Part shown: one piece after another, positions 1 to 8,946 of the stretch
Layout: every line of letters begins with the position of its first letter
Numbering within the stretch: the first letter of the stretch is position 1
From: a virus
Direction: 5' to 3' (one strand)
DNA length: 64,000 nucleotides
IMG/VR virus record: IMGVR_UViG_3300037189_010507
Location: 1 to 64,000 of that record
Translations under genes and position numbers: made by a program
Notes under the pieces: model-generated
Told to the model about the DNA's origin: nothing
Database searches by the model: none
The model's input: the letters and a program-made list of their open reading frames with translations, nothing else

Positions 1-1
1 A

Positions 2-472
2 TTCGATGTATATCCTTCAGCCTATGCGAATGCATGGCTTGTTCGTGAATATAAAAAAAGAGGAGGAGGTTACAAAGTGACAAAAGAAAATGTGGAAAAA
101 GTTGCAGAAGATCTTGCAGAAGAAGAAGCAGCACTTGCTGATGCTTTAATAACAATTGCATCCAATTACGGTAAGTTTAACGAAGATGAAACCGGTATTT
201 GGGCTGGCTATGATGAGCCAGAAGAAAATGAAGTTAAAGATATCGGTGTTAAGTGCGCAAACTGTGTTCTATATGAAGGTGATGGTGTTTGTAAAATTAT
301 CGCCCAAAAAGTAGAAGATGAAGGAAAGTGCAGATTCGCTGTAATTCCAGACGGACTCGTAAAACCAGAAATGGAAGATGAATACGAAGAAGAAGAGGAT
401 GACGATGAAGAAGATTCAATGTCTACCCTTGTCTCTATACTTAGAGATTTATTACTTAATAAGGAGAAATAA
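2..472 (+). CDS. Partial (5' truncated) phage protein with PSAYANAWLVREYKKRGG motif and C-terminal HiPIP-like 4-Cys motif
   Basis: Frame is open from base 2 (FDVYPSAYANAWLVREYKKRGGGYKVTKEN...); CANC-x7-C-x12-C near the C-terminus. Confidence 0.6.
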   Translation, partial: FDVYPSAYANAWLVREYKKRGGGYKVTKENVEKVAEDLAEEEAALADALITIASNYGKFNEDETGIWAGYDEPEENEVKDIGVKCANCVLYEGDGVCKIIAQKVEDEGKCRFAVIPDGLVKPEMEDEYEEEEDDDEEDSMSTLVSILRDLLLNKEK

Positions 473-473
473 A

Positions 474-854
474 ATGAAATACAATGTTGATAAAATGATT
501 CAAGATCATGATTCAATGAAGTCTTGGCATGAAGAAATGGCAAAGTCTGCCGCTGAATCTATGCAAGACCATATCAAGGCTGCCGCATGGCACAGTTCAC
601 AGGGCGATATCATCAAGGCTATGATGAATGAAGTCCCATTGGACCCAGAAAAGAAGGTTACGAGCATTCCAGCAGCTGGCTCTGCTCAGACACCAACTTC
701 TGGTGCTGGCAAGACTGCCCCTACAAAGCAGGTTCCTCTTGACCCAGAAGTTAAGAAGTCTGATCTAGTTGCCATTCTTTCTGAGCATGCAGCAGAATAT
801 GGTGATTTCGACATGGATGTTGAAGCCATTGCTAAATTTTTATTGAATGACTAA
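474..854 (+). CDS. Hypothetical protein with internal VPLDPE repeat
   Basis: AAGGAG RBS before ATG 474; VPLDPE occurs twice. Confidence 0.7.
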   Translation: MKYNVDKMIQDHDSMKSWHEEMAKSAAESMQDHIKAAAWHSSQGDIIKAMMNEVPLDPEKKVTSIPAAGSAQTPTSGAGKTAPTKQVPLDPEVKKSDLVAILSEHAAEYGDFDMDVEAIAKFLLND

Positions 855-857
855 ACT

Positions 858-1058
858 ATGGATGCCAGCATTGCAAGTCTCATAGGTGTCGTGATTGCAG
901 GTGTTTTTTCTGTTCTTGTTTCTCTAATTCAGAAAACAAGAAAAGAGAATAAAGAAGATCACAACCTCGTCTACGAAAGTCTTCAGAATCTTCATGAAGA
1001 TGTTCGCAGTGTCGGAGACAAATTAGATAATCATATTGATTGGCATTTAAAAAAATAA
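858..1058 (+). CDS. Small membrane protein, holin-like (N-terminal TM + coiled coil, ends HIDWH)
   Basis: Single hydrophobic helix then charged tail, as in actinophage small membrane proteins. Confidence 0.55.
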   Translation: MDASIASLIGVVIAGVFSVLVSLIQKTRKENKEDHNLVYESLQNLHEDVRSVGDKLDNHIDWHLKK

Positions 1059-1197
1059 GTTTGTGGAGCGCCTTTTGGCTGTGATATTTCGCAAGATTAT
1101 CACGGTATTCAGAAGGCGCTTCACTTTTTTTAAAAAATAACAACTTTCTTTAAAAACTTGTGGTATGCTGTCACAAAGAGCGTAGAAAGGAAAAAGA

Positions 1198-1620
1198 ATG
1201 CTCACAAAACAACAAGAACAGCAATTAATCAACCTTATTCCAGAGGGCACAAATGGCGAAGACCGCAGGGTTGCCTATTCTGTTATTACTGGGATACGAG
1301 AGGACAAGACTCCATCTCAAATTGCTGGTTATTACACAGCAGATCAAGATTTGGTAAATAAGTGGTACGACTTCTTTGGCTTCTCCAAGCCCAGCTCACC
1401 ACAAAAGGCTGGTAGAGGTCGTAAGAGTAAGGACTTGGCTGGCTTTATTAAGAGCAATACAGGGCGTGTTGTAACTCCAAAAATCGTATCAGATGAACTT
1501 GGAATTTCTTTGCCTACTTTTTATAATTATTATAACGCTAATCGTCATCTTTTTAAGAAAGTAAGACGAGGAGAATTTGAAATTATCAATCCAGAAAAAG
1601 AAAGAAATTCTTCAAAATGA
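1198..1620 (+). CDS. Putative HTH DNA-binding protein with GRGRK motif
   Basis: TPKIVSDELGISLPTFYNY HTH-like segment; GAAAGG RBS. Confidence 0.55.
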   Translation: MLTKQQEQQLINLIPEGTNGEDRRVAYSVITGIREDKTPSQIAGYYTADQDLVNKWYDFFGFSKPSSPQKAGRGRKSKDLAGFIKSNTGRVVTPKIVSDELGISLPTFYNYYNANRHLFKKVRRGEFEIINPEKERNSSK

Positions 1621-2327
1621 AAAGTTCTTTTGAAAAAGAATTAGAAGTACAAGATAATTATTTTATTTGCTGGGATGATGCAGCAAAGCATTATGTCCAA
1701 AAAATCTTTTCTTTTTCTGAACAGTGCGGAAATAAAAGAATTATTGAAATAATAAATGACATATATACACATAATGGTACAGGTACAACTTTTATTCCAT
1801 TTACATTTATAAACTTTACTGGACACTCAGAATATATTGAATACTTAAAGAACTTAATTAATTCATATATTGAACAAGAGATGAATAAGATAGATCCTCA
1901 AAGATCCGAGGATTTTACAAGTTCTGAAGAATTTTTTGACTCAATCAGAGTTCATCAAGCATTCTTTCTATTAGCATCGCATTGTGCAATCTCCTTGTTT
2001 AAGTATCTATCAGAACATCCAGATTATTCTGGTTTCGTTAATACAATACTTAATCCAAGCATGATTGCATCAACTGTCATTAGAAAACAGAATGACTATG
2101 GCCCAGAAAATATTGCAAAATTTGGTATGTGGGGACTGATTGTAAGACTGCATGACAAGATTGCAAGATTTGAAAATCTTATGTCTAAGAAGAGACAAGG
2201 CGTTAATGCCGTTTCAGATGAAACTGTTTACGATACGTTATTAGATATTGTTGGGTATTCAACAGTTGCTCTTCTTTGGATAAATGGAGACTTTCTTTTG
2301 CCATTGCAAAAGGATCTTGTTGGCTAA
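1617..2327 (+). CDS. Nucleotide-modification-associated domain 1 (Nmad1/DUF1599) protein
   Basis: C-terminal RKQNDYG...GLIVRLHDKIARFENL...ETVYDTLLDIVGYS. Confidence 0.75.
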   Translation: MKSSFEKELEVQDNYFICWDDAAKHYVQKIFSFSEQCGNKRIIEIINDIYTHNGTGTTFIPFTFINFTGHSEYIEYLKNLINSYIEQEMNKIDPQRSEDFTSSEEFFDSIRVHQAFFLLASHCAISLFKYLSEHPDYSGFVNTILNPSMIASTVIRKQNDYGPENIAKFGMWGLIVRLHDKIARFENLMSKKRQGVNAVSDETVYDTLLDIVGYSTVALLWINGDFLLPLQKDLVG

Positions 2328-2935
2328 TGACTACAATTGTTGCAATTCAGGGTGATGATTATTGTGTAGTAGGCACAGATTCTAGAGTTTCATCTTTTGA
2401 TGAAAGTGGTCTTGCATATCAAATAACAACACTTGGTACTGGTTCGTGTAAAATTTCTCAAAAGGGAAGATATTTACTAGGAGCTGCTGGAGATGTTAGA
2501 GCAATTAACATTCTTCATCATGCCTTTACTCCACCAGTACCACCATTTAAAACTGGCGGAGAGCAACTTGATGAGTTTATAACCACAAAGTTTATACCAC
2601 AACTTCAAGTTTGCTTTGAGAATACTGGATACGCTATGCCAGATCAAGCAGATGATAAAACACATATGTCAGAACATTCATCTACAATTCTAGTAGCAGT
2701 TAATGGAGTTGTGTATATCATTGATGGTGACTATTCTTGGACCTCAGATAGAACTGGCATCTATGCAATTGGAACTGGTTCTTCATATGCTCTTGGAGCA
2801 ATTTATGCCATCACTGGCGGAAAACAGATATCAATCCAGAAAGCAAAGCTTGCCATTAATAAAGCGCTTTCAATAACATCAAAGTTTGATCCATATACAG
2901 GAGCGCCTTTTCAAACTTTTGCACAGGAGCAATAA
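2327..2935 (+). CDS. Ntn-hydrolase, HslV/proteasome beta-like peptidase
   Basis: Starts MTTIVAIQ (N-terminal Thr nucleophile), GTDSR, AIGTGSSYALGA, DPYTG. Confidence 0.85.
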   Translation: MTTIVAIQGDDYCVVGTDSRVSSFDESGLAYQITTLGTGSCKISQKGRYLLGAAGDVRAINILHHAFTPPVPPFKTGGEQLDEFITTKFIPQLQVCFENTGYAMPDQADDKTHMSEHSSTILVAVNGVVYIIDGDYSWTSDRTGIYAIGTGSSYALGAIYAITGGKQISIQKAKLAINKALSITSKFDPYTGAPFQTFAQEQ

Positions 2936-3108
2936 TGCCAACTTATCAATATAAATGCCTTAGTGGTCATGAGGTAGAAGAAACAAGAAAAATTAATGAA
3001 GATCAAAAAATGATCTGTTGTCCAATATGCGGAGATGCTTTAAAACCTGTATACTCATCACCGGGTGTCCAATTAAAAGGCGGAGGCTTCTATCGGAATA
3101 GCCGATAG
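2935..3108 (+). CDS. FmdB-family zinc-ribbon protein (not in ORF track)
   Basis: MPTYQYKCLSGH...CPICG...PGVQLKGGGFYRNSR translated by hand. Confidence 0.85.
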   Translation: MPTYQYKCLSGHEVEETRKINEDQKMICCPICGDALKPVYSSPGVQLKGGGFYRNSR

Positions 3109-3232
3109 TGTATAATTATTACAACACCTCTGGTGTTTGTTACGCAAGTGCAGGCTACCTTGGGGATCGTTATAGTTACGCCATCGCCCTATGTGAAAAC
3201 ATGGGGCTTTGGTTTTTACAAGAAAGAAAAAT

Positions 3233-3520
3233 ATGTGTAATGAAAATTATGCTGTAATACGAGACATGCAGCAAAGTGTACAGGATTGTGAGAGACAAAT
3301 CACTATATGGATGAAAACTGCTGAGCAAACGACAATCCAATCTTTCTATGCAAATGCAGAAAGAGATGCTTATAAAAAGATTATAAGAGAGATTATTGAG
3401 GCTATTGAAAACGAAGGGCCAGTACCTCACTATCACCATCATGTTATGAGAAAGCATCGCAGTGAATGGCCGACTTTATGGAAGGCTATTGATAAGGCAA
3501 TTGAGAAAATAAATGATTGA
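3233..3520 (+). CDS. Hypothetical protein
   Basis: ORF with purine-rich RBS, overlaps next start. Confidence 0.55.
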   Translation: MCNENYAVIRDMQQSVQDCERQITIWMKTAEQTTIQSFYANAERDAYKKIIREIIEAIENEGPVPHYHHHVMRKHRSEWPTLWKAIDKAIEKIND

Positions 3521-4076
3521 TTATATTGAAGACCTAATTCCAAAAGAAAAGCAGAATCTTATTGAAGACTATGTAAAGGATTCGAGTTTCCCATATAGAT
3601 TTCATAAAACTCATATCTATGAGCAAGGAGCAACTGGCAATTCTCCACTGCAGTTGACACATCATTTAATGATGTACGGAGAAGAGCGTGTTTCTCCACA
3701 CTTTCCGATAATAACATCCGTTTATGATAGCTTGATCAAACTTTATGGGAATATCACACTATTTCGTGCAAAGGTAAACTGCACCTTCCCTGACCCTACG
3801 AGGACTGGATACGAGCCTCAGGAGCCTCATACTGATTTAAAATACGATGATGGTCGTAAGATTCCACATCTCGTATGTTTATATTACATAAATGATTCTG
3901 ACGGACCAACATACTTCTATGATAAAGATAAAATTTCTTTGGCAATCCCCCCAAAAAAAGGTTCTGCCGTAGTTTTTGATGGTAGTATCATTCATGCGGG
4001 TAGTAACCCCATTCATAACCCTTTTAGATTTGCTTTAAATATCAATTTTAGAAAAGGTTTAAATCAAATTTTATAG
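3513..4076 (+). CDS. 2OG-Fe(II) oxygenase superfamily protein
   Basis: PHTD...LYYINDSDGPT...VFDGSIIHAG...RFALNINF (HxD...H...R). Confidence 0.85.
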   Translation: MIDYIEDLIPKEKQNLIEDYVKDSSFPYRFHKTHIYEQGATGNSPLQLTHHLMMYGEERVSPHFPIITSVYDSLIKLYGNITLFRAKVNCTFPDPTRTGYEPQEPHTDLKYDDGRKIPHLVCLYYINDSDGPTYFYDKDKISLAIPPKKGSAVVFDGSIIHAGSNPIHNPFRFALNINFRKGLNQIL

Positions 4077-4085
4077 GAAAGAACA

Positions 4086-4727
4086 ATGCCAGAGTTAAAC
4101 GCAAATATACCACCAATTGAATGTTATGTAAGAGGTAATTATCTTCGTGATCAAAAGGATTCACACGATAAATACTTCCCATGTATGATTTTTGGGGTCG
4201 CTTCAATTCAAGGAAGAAGCCCTCTATTTCATTTTCTAATGGAAGATGGCGGTGTTTGGTGGAGAATGCCAATTAGTGCGTTCTGTGCAGAGCCTGATAC
4301 CCCCGAAGTGGACATTCACGACCTTGTGTTGTGGAATTCTTTCAGTCCTCATGTGACGGTAACCGAGTTTCAGGCTATGAGAAACATGAGAATGACATAT
4401 GTAAGCCGCTCAGGAGAGTTTGTAAAGGGTAAATACCTCTTTACGCTTGACTGGCATGCCCCAGATGACAATACTACCAACCTTGGATTCAGTACAAATC
4501 CCGGTCAACATAAGTGTGGTCATGTAATATTGCGGGATGATGGTAATTTTGCCATTCAGCCAAATAATCGGGTCCGTCTTTTTGATCCTTCATACACGAC
4601 AAAAGATGGTAACCTTATTGATAGATTCATTAATACAAGAAAATGGGATGTGGAAGATGCTTCCAAGTGGAGAACTTCCGATGATGACCATTACTATTAT
4701 GAAATCAATAATAAATTACAAGGATAA
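4086..4727 (+). CDS. Conserved-looking phage hypothetical protein
   Basis: 213 aa ORF, AGGA RBS. Confidence 0.7.
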   Translation: MPELNANIPPIECYVRGNYLRDQKDSHDKYFPCMIFGVASIQGRSPLFHFLMEDGGVWWRMPISAFCAEPDTPEVDIHDLVLWNSFSPHVTVTEFQAMRNMRMTYVSRSGEFVKGKYLFTLDWHAPDDNTTNLGFSTNPGQHKCGHVILRDDGNFAIQPNNRVRLFDPSYTTKDGNLIDRFINTRKWDVEDASKWRTSDDDHYYYEINNKLQG

Positions 4728-4731
4728 ATAA

Positions 4732-4827
4732 ATGGATACAATATATTTAATTGCAGTTGTTGCGGTTTGGTGGACAGTCGGGTTTCTATGTGGAATTCTT
4801 AGTGAAAGAAGAAAAAGAGGGCGGTAA
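4732..4827 (+). CDS. Small single-TM protein (31 aa)
   Basis: MDTIYLIAVVAVWWTVGFLCGILSERRKRGR, AGGA RBS. Confidence 0.45.
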   Translation: MDTIYLIAVVAVWWTVGFLCGILSERRKRGR

Positions 4828-5190
4828 AAGGTGAGCAAATCTCATTCGGGTGGCCCCCGAAAAAGACTAATTGACACCATTGACCCCCTTGCCCTTTATC
4901 CGTCATGATTGTGGGGATTCCGTGATATGATATATTCCGATATGCTATACATCATCGGATACTTTGTAACAGTGAGCGTTTTTGCCACCGTAATATTTAA
5001 ATCATTTAAGGATTAGAGATATGGAAAATGAAATAAGAAGATATAGACCCCTATCATTGGGGAGTTCTAAGAAGCTGAAGCCTATTGAATTGAAATCCCG
5101 TTCCCCCATTGTAAGAGATAATAGATCTTTGATTAAGGGATTCTCAGAAAGAACCCAAACCCGATTTTATATTAAAAAGAAAGAGATATA

Positions 5191-5601
5191 ATGCTAACCA
5201 AGTTAATTAAAAAACTAAATCAGATTCTCTCACGAAGGAATCAGGCAACCGTAACAGAGACTGCCTTCTATGATAGAGACAAGATTGAAGAGATTCAAGC
5301 CTTTGTTTATAAAGACCTTGATCTTATCAAGAAGAAAACTGCTCGAACCGCCTATATCAAGAATCTCCCCCAACCGCTTTCTGAAGAAGCAATCAAGAAG
5401 ATTAAAGATAATAAGATGGAGTTATCCCGTGAAATTGATCGCATGCTGCGAGAGAAGCAACTGAGAGACAAAAAGATTGCCGAGATCCAATTTAACAAGC
5501 TCTCCGATCTGCAAAACAAGATTAAGAAGCAGTACTCCGATATTTCCCCGATTCCTCGTCACCCTTCTACCCCGAAAGACAATGAGACAGATACTCCGTA
5601 A
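5191..5601 (+). CDS. Basic coiled-coil hypothetical protein
   Basis: 136 aa ORF. Confidence 0.6.
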   Translation: MLTKLIKKLNQILSRRNQATVTETAFYDRDKIEEIQAFVYKDLDLIKKKTARTAYIKNLPQPLSEEAIKKIKDNKMELSREIDRMLREKQLRDKKIAEIQFNKLSDLQNKIKKQYSDISPIPRHPSTPKDNETDTP

Positions 5602-5894
5602 AAATTTAATACAAATTTTTGACGGTAAACTCCCGATCTCAATTGTGATGAAACTCAACCGAACCCGTTTTTTCTAAAATTTTAGTATGCAGTTGTGGAA
5701 GGCTATGCATGCATACGATCGTGGATAGTCTTTGTCTGTTTGCGGGGTCAATGCCATTGGCATACCCCTTGGGGTACCCCTGCCCAATGAGATCCTGCAT
5801 ATTATGAAAGTTCGCGCCCTGCCCGCCCTGTAAATAAAGGGGTCGGGTGCATAAATATACGGCGGGGTGCATAAAAAAAATGTGTGCGGGGTAG

Positions 5895-5923
5895 TTGTGT
5901 TGGGTCGCCTATTGGGATAATAT
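5895..5923 (+). promoter_or_regulatory. sigmaA/70-like promoter
   Basis: TTGTGT-N17-TAATAT. Confidence 0.65.
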
Positions 5924-5966
5924 TTACTTATCGGGCGGGGCGGTCTCGCCCGATGGAAAGGTAAAT

Positions 5967-6272
5967 ATGCAGGTTGTAGATATGACCCAGAAAACGGCAG
6001 TAGAGTACATTCTCTTCACTGTCGGGCACGAGTCGGGTAATGGCCGTGACGTTGTTCACTTTATGAACAGAAAAGATGTGGAAAATTATATCCATACCGT
6101 ACTTGTCCCATTGCACCTAGAGGATGACGGCTTCAGCCCCGATGACATTCAGCAGATTTACACAACTACCACAGTCTATGGCGACTGCGATGTGTCTCTG
6201 GAAATTGACGGTCAAGCGTGGAGTCAGTGTTTCAAGGTAACTCGCACCGAGCGTTTCATTCGCTACGAGTAG
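5967..6272 (+). CDS. Hypothetical protein (cassette 1)
   Basis: GAAAGG RBS before ATG 5967; followed by terminator. Confidence 0.7.
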   Translation: MQVVDMTQKTAVEYILFTVGHESGNGRDVVHFMNRKDVENYIHTVLVPLHLEDDGFSPDDIQQIYTTTTVYGDCDVSLEIDGQAWSQCFKVTRTERFIRYE

Positions 6273-6307
6273 CCCCCTGCCCCGCTCGCAATGCGGGGTA
6301 TCTCACG

Positions 6308-6336
6308 AGACCCCGCTCGCAATGCGAGCGGGGTCT
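6308..6336 (+). terminator. Intrinsic terminator hairpin
   Basis: AGACCCCGCTCGC-AAT-GCGAGCGGGGTCT. Confidence 0.65.
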
Positions 6337-6400
6337 TCCAATTCCCGCCCCATTCCCGCCTGCCCCCGCAAACGGCTGCATCGATCGAGCCGGGGCGGAG

Positions 6401-6448
6401 CTTCACGCCCTGCTATCTAACTGTATGCATTTATGGGAATTGAGTATA
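6401..6448 (+). repeat. Degenerate array element (right arm + downstream box)
   Basis: TTCACGCCCTG ends 6412; TTGAGTATA starts 6440 (+28). Confidence 0.45.
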
Positions 6449-6591
6449 CATCAAATTATGGGAAACGCTGGCCTTTCAAATTATGGTAGCCTATTTTTTC
6501 GAGGGTGTAGGGAACAAAGGTACGACTTTCTTACACCCTTTCGTCTGACGGTGTATGTCCGAGAAATTTCAACACAAATTCTGAACAATAC

Positions 6592-6620
6592 TTGTATTTC
6601 CCGATAGTTTCCTGTAATCT
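6592..6620 (+). promoter_or_regulatory. sigmaA-like promoter, leaderless
   Basis: TTGTAT-N17-TAATCT-N6-ATG. Confidence 0.75.
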
Positions 6621-6626
6621 AACCTT

Positions 6627-7136
6627 ATGACAAAGCGTCAAGCCAAAGCAGGTAATGGTCGCGTGGTGACCAATACCCCCAATAGTGCGAAGGGTCAAAG
6701 CACAGTTACCAAGTCCGCTGTATTGCGTCACATTGCGACAGCACGAGCAGTGAACATTAGCCGTGGAGTAAAGGCACACTATGACAACGAAGGCACACAG
6801 CGTCTGGCTGAAGCCATTGCTAAGTCATTCCGTATGCCAACACTCACGGAAGCGAAACTTACCGAGAAAGGCAAGGACATGCCCAAGAATGCACAAGATG
6901 GCGCAATGCGTAGAGAGTTTGCAATAGCACACAAGGCTATCGCCATAGACATCTCTACTATTCTCGGAGAGAGAAAGGGTGGAAAGATTATCCACAACCG
7001 CCCTGAGAACAACCTACACCTGAAACTCGCAGGTATTGCTGTAGCAATGGGGCTACCTGCTAAGACTTTCTACCCCGTTCGTTCTCAGGCCGTTCGTGAC
7101 GGTGAAGTACCTACGGTGTACATAGTACGCCGATAG
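6627..7136 (+). CDS. Basic hypothetical protein, paralog of 9157..9639
   Basis: Shares YDNEG, MPT, RREFA, ILGE, IIHxRPEN, AMGLPA with 9157..9639. Confidence 0.85.
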   Translation: MTKRQAKAGNGRVVTNTPNSAKGQSTVTKSAVLRHIATARAVNISRGVKAHYDNEGTQRLAEAIAKSFRMPTLTEAKLTEKGKDMPKNAQDGAMRREFAIAHKAIAIDISTILGERKGGKIIHNRPENNLHLKLAGIAVAMGLPAKTFYPVRSQAVRDGEVPTVYIVRR

Positions 7137-7159
7137 AGCGTTCGCAACCCCCGACATTG

Positions 7160-7187
7160 GAGAGCCTACCCGAAAGGGTAGGCTCTC
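7160..7187 (+). terminator. Intrinsic terminator hairpin
   Basis: GAGAGCCTACCC-GAAA-GGGTAGGCTCTC. Confidence 0.7.
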
Positions 7188-7207
7188 TCTATGTGTTATG
7201 GGCTTGG

Positions 7208-7246
7208 GTGGTGTGACAATGATCCCCAGATCATTGTCACACCACT
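7208..7246. repeat. Array palindrome P1
   Basis: GTGGTGTGACAATGATC-CCCA-GATCATTGTCACACCAC; TTTAGTGCAAA at 7274. Confidence 0.8.
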
Positions 7247-7307
7247 TCGTATGAGCGTGTCTCTATGAATAAATTTAGTGCAAATTCCAAAAATGATTAG
7301 AGAATGG

Positions 7308-7336
7308 TTGTGTTTGCTACCTTTCCGTGTTACATT
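7308..7336 (+). promoter_or_regulatory. sigmaA-like promoter, leaderless
   Basis: TTGTGT-N17-TACATT-N6-ATG. Confidence 0.7.
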
Positions 7337-7342
7337 CAGGGT

Positions 7343-7567
7343 ATGAGAAATCATTCATACATCACCCCAACACTTGATCACAACCTATTCCTAATTTCAT
7401 TCGCCCGCCCGCTTCGCATTCAGCGTAAGTATGTTGAATGCATTGTGCGTAAGCGTTTCAATGACACAATGTTGCGACACTACTCAGGTACTGTCATCAT
7501 TTTCAATGTGTCTCAAATTGACAAGCGCAATTTCCGTGTTCTCTGTCTCGTTACGCCAAAAGCGTAG
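7343..7567 (+). CDS. Hypothetical protein (cassette 3)
   Basis: Leaderless ATG 6 nt after -10; MRNHSYITP... Confidence 0.6.
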   Translation: MRNHSYITPTLDHNLFLISFARPLRIQRKYVECIVRKRFNDTMLRHYSGTVIIFNVSQIDKRNFRVLCLVTPKA

Positions 7568-7583
7568 CGAGATAGAGAGCTGG

Positions 7584-7622
7584 GCAGGTGTAACGCCTTG
7601 GCATAGCCAGCGTTACACCTGC
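7584..7622. repeat. Array palindrome P2
   Basis: GCAGGTGTAACGC...GCGTTACACCTGC; TTTAGTGCAAA at 7650. Confidence 0.85.
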
Positions 7623-7683
7623 GTCTATGTAGTCACTCACTCAGGCAAATTTAGTGCAAATTCTGGAAATGTTTCTAGAAAGA

Positions 7684-7711
7684 TTGCTTTCCCAATTTTT
7701 TCAGTTATACT
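7684..7711 (+). promoter_or_regulatory. sigmaA-like promoter, leaderless
   Basis: TTGCTT-N16-TATACT-N7-ATG. Confidence 0.7.
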
Positions 7712-7718
7712 CTTACCT

Positions 7719-8003
7719 ATGAAGAAATACAACTCATTCCAAATGACACTGCTACCAACTCGTGAAAGCGAAGCAGGTCGTGACATTTACACCGTCTATG
7801 TAAGCATTCCCAACTATGAATTGGGTGATGATGTGCATTTTCTTGGACTTACCGCTCGTCAGGCGTTCTCTAGCGCAATGGAATTTATAAACGAAATTGT
7901 CGGGCGTATGTGCGCACATTGTAGCAACGTTACTCCTGCAAGTGATGAGACCTACCGCAACGCTGGAATTTGCCACTCTTGCTACGAAAAAATCTCGCTC
8001 TAA
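7719..8003 (+). CDS. Hypothetical protein with C-terminal CxxC...CxxC zinc finger (cassette 4)
   Basis: MKKYNSF...CAHC...CHSC; start reassigned from 7431. Confidence 0.7.
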   Translation: MKKYNSFQMTLLPTRESEAGRDIYTVYVSIPNYELGDDVHFLGLTARQAFSSAMEFINEIVGRMCAHCSNVTPASDETYRNAGICHSCYEKISL

Positions 8004-8024
8004 GAAAAAGGACAGCACACAGGG

Positions 8025-8050
8025 GAGCGGGTCGCAAGACCCGCTCTTTT
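8025..8050 (+). terminator. Intrinsic terminator (identical to 8488-8513)
   Basis: GAGCGGGTC-GCAA-GACCCGCTC-TTTT. Confidence 0.8.
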
Positions 8051-8060
8051 CCTTTTCCTG

Positions 8061-8099
8061 GCAGGTGTAAGAGTTCGGCATAGCCGTTCTTACACCTGC
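8061..8099. repeat. Array palindrome P3
   Basis: GCAGGTGTAAGA...TCTTACACCTGC; TTTAGTGCAAA at 8127. Confidence 0.85.
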
Positions 8100-8188
8100 T
8101 TGTCTAAACACAACATAGATTGAGCTTTTAGTGCAAAAAATTAGTTGTAGTGTACAAATACTTTTTTCAAGTTTTTTTGGAATTGGGG

Positions 8189-8216
8189 TTGTGTTTGCCT
8201 TTGCATTTGTTATACT
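8189..8216 (+). promoter_or_regulatory. sigmaA-like promoter
   Basis: TTGTGT-N16-TATACT. Confidence 0.7.
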
Positions 8217-8254
8217 GTGTGTATGGCAATAGCGCCAGAGTGAAAGGAACTCCA

Positions 8255-8461
8255 ATGCGAGTCTTTGATAGCCCCGACAACAAACTGTCCGACATTCTTG
8301 ACCAAATGCAGGCAGAAGCCTGTTCTTGGGATGGCGTATTCTCAGCACAGTACATTGCAGGAGTGATTTACGCCTGCGAGTGGTTGCGTAACAGCGCAAG
8401 CAACCTGAGCGACAACGGCGTTCTCTTGAGCGAAGCAATCCTAGTTCCCCCAAAAAAATAG
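8255..8461 (+). CDS. Hypothetical protein (cassette 5)
   Basis: AAAGGA RBS before ATG 8255; MRVFDSPDNK... Confidence 0.7.
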   Translation: MRVFDSPDNKLSDILDQMQAEACSWDGVFSAQYIAGVIYACEWLRNSASNLSDNGVLLSEAILVPPKK

Positions 8462-8485
8462 AAAGGAGAGTTTTTCTTCTGCGGG

Positions 8486-8513
8486 AAGAGCGGGTCGCAA
8501 GACCCGCTCTTTT
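8486..8513 (+). terminator. Intrinsic terminator
   Basis: AAGAGCGGGTC-GCAA-GACCCGCTCTT-TT. Confidence 0.8.
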
Positions 8514-8522
8514 GCTTTTCTG

Positions 8523-8562
8523 GCGGGTGTAAATCTTATTGGCTCCGCCGATTTACACCCGC
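8523..8562. repeat. Array palindrome P4
   Basis: GCGGGTGTAAATC...GATTTACACCCGC; TTGAGTATG at 8590. Confidence 0.85.
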
Positions 8563-8601
8563 AGGTACGAAATAACAACACATAAAGATTTGAGTATGTG
8601 C

Positions 8602-8630
8602 TTGTAATTGTGTTTGGTAACTGATAAGGT
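8602..8630 (+). promoter_or_regulatory. sigmaA-like promoter, leaderless
   Basis: TTGTAA-N17-TAAGGT-N6-GTG. Confidence 0.65.
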
Positions 8631-8636
8631 GAAGCC

Positions 8637-8849
8637 GTGACAAACACAAACAAGCCGACTGAAATTACAGAGGCACAATCAGCACCCCGTTTCTACCAAG
8701 AGTTAGTCAAGGACTTGACTGAGACCCTTGCCCTCGGAGACTTTCAGGAACTGTTCCTGGACTTCTTGGCTTACTACGAGGACAACCTTGAGGTTCTCAA
8801 GATGGCTCGTCTGTGCTACGCAGACCTCATAACCGAAATCTACGGCTAA
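8637..8849 (+). CDS. Acidic helical hypothetical protein (cassette 6)
   Basis: 70 aa ORF between promoter and terminator. Confidence 0.7.
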   Translation: MTNTNKPTEITEAQSAPRFYQELVKDLTETLALGDFQELFLDFLAYYEDNLEVLKMARLCYADLITEIYG

Positions 8850-8870
8850 GACCCCCCAGCCCCCCCAGCG

Positions 8871-8897
8871 GACCCCCTCTCGGAGCGAGAGGGGGTC
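8871..8897 (+). terminator. Intrinsic terminator hairpin
   Basis: GACCCCCTCTC...GAGAGGGGGTC. Confidence 0.65.
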
Positions 8898-8906
8898 TTG
8901 CTATGT

Positions 8907-8946
8907 GCGGGTGTAGACGCTCGGCTCCGCTCGCTCCCACACCCGT
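8907..8946. repeat. Array palindrome P5 (weaker stem)
   Basis: GCGGGTGT...ACACCCGT; TAGAGTATA at 8973. Confidence 0.7.

Noticed and set aside
3111-3210. Possible small RNA after TATAAT at 3111
   Set aside because: Only short stems, no tRNA cloverleaf and no family I can recognise; insufficient support.
5681-5690. TTTAGTATG box as a further array site
   Set aside because: No palindrome arm at the expected 28-nt distance upstream.
7431-7718. N-terminal extensions given by the ORF track (also 5895, 7304, 8150, 10442, 11700)
   Set aside because: They run through promoters, palindromes or leaders. Downstream starts have an RBS or leaderless geometry and match paralog N-termini.
7752-8453. 233-aa - strand ORF
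   Set aside because: Runs antisense across two promoter/terminator-defined units and their intergenic DNA; composition is not protein-like.
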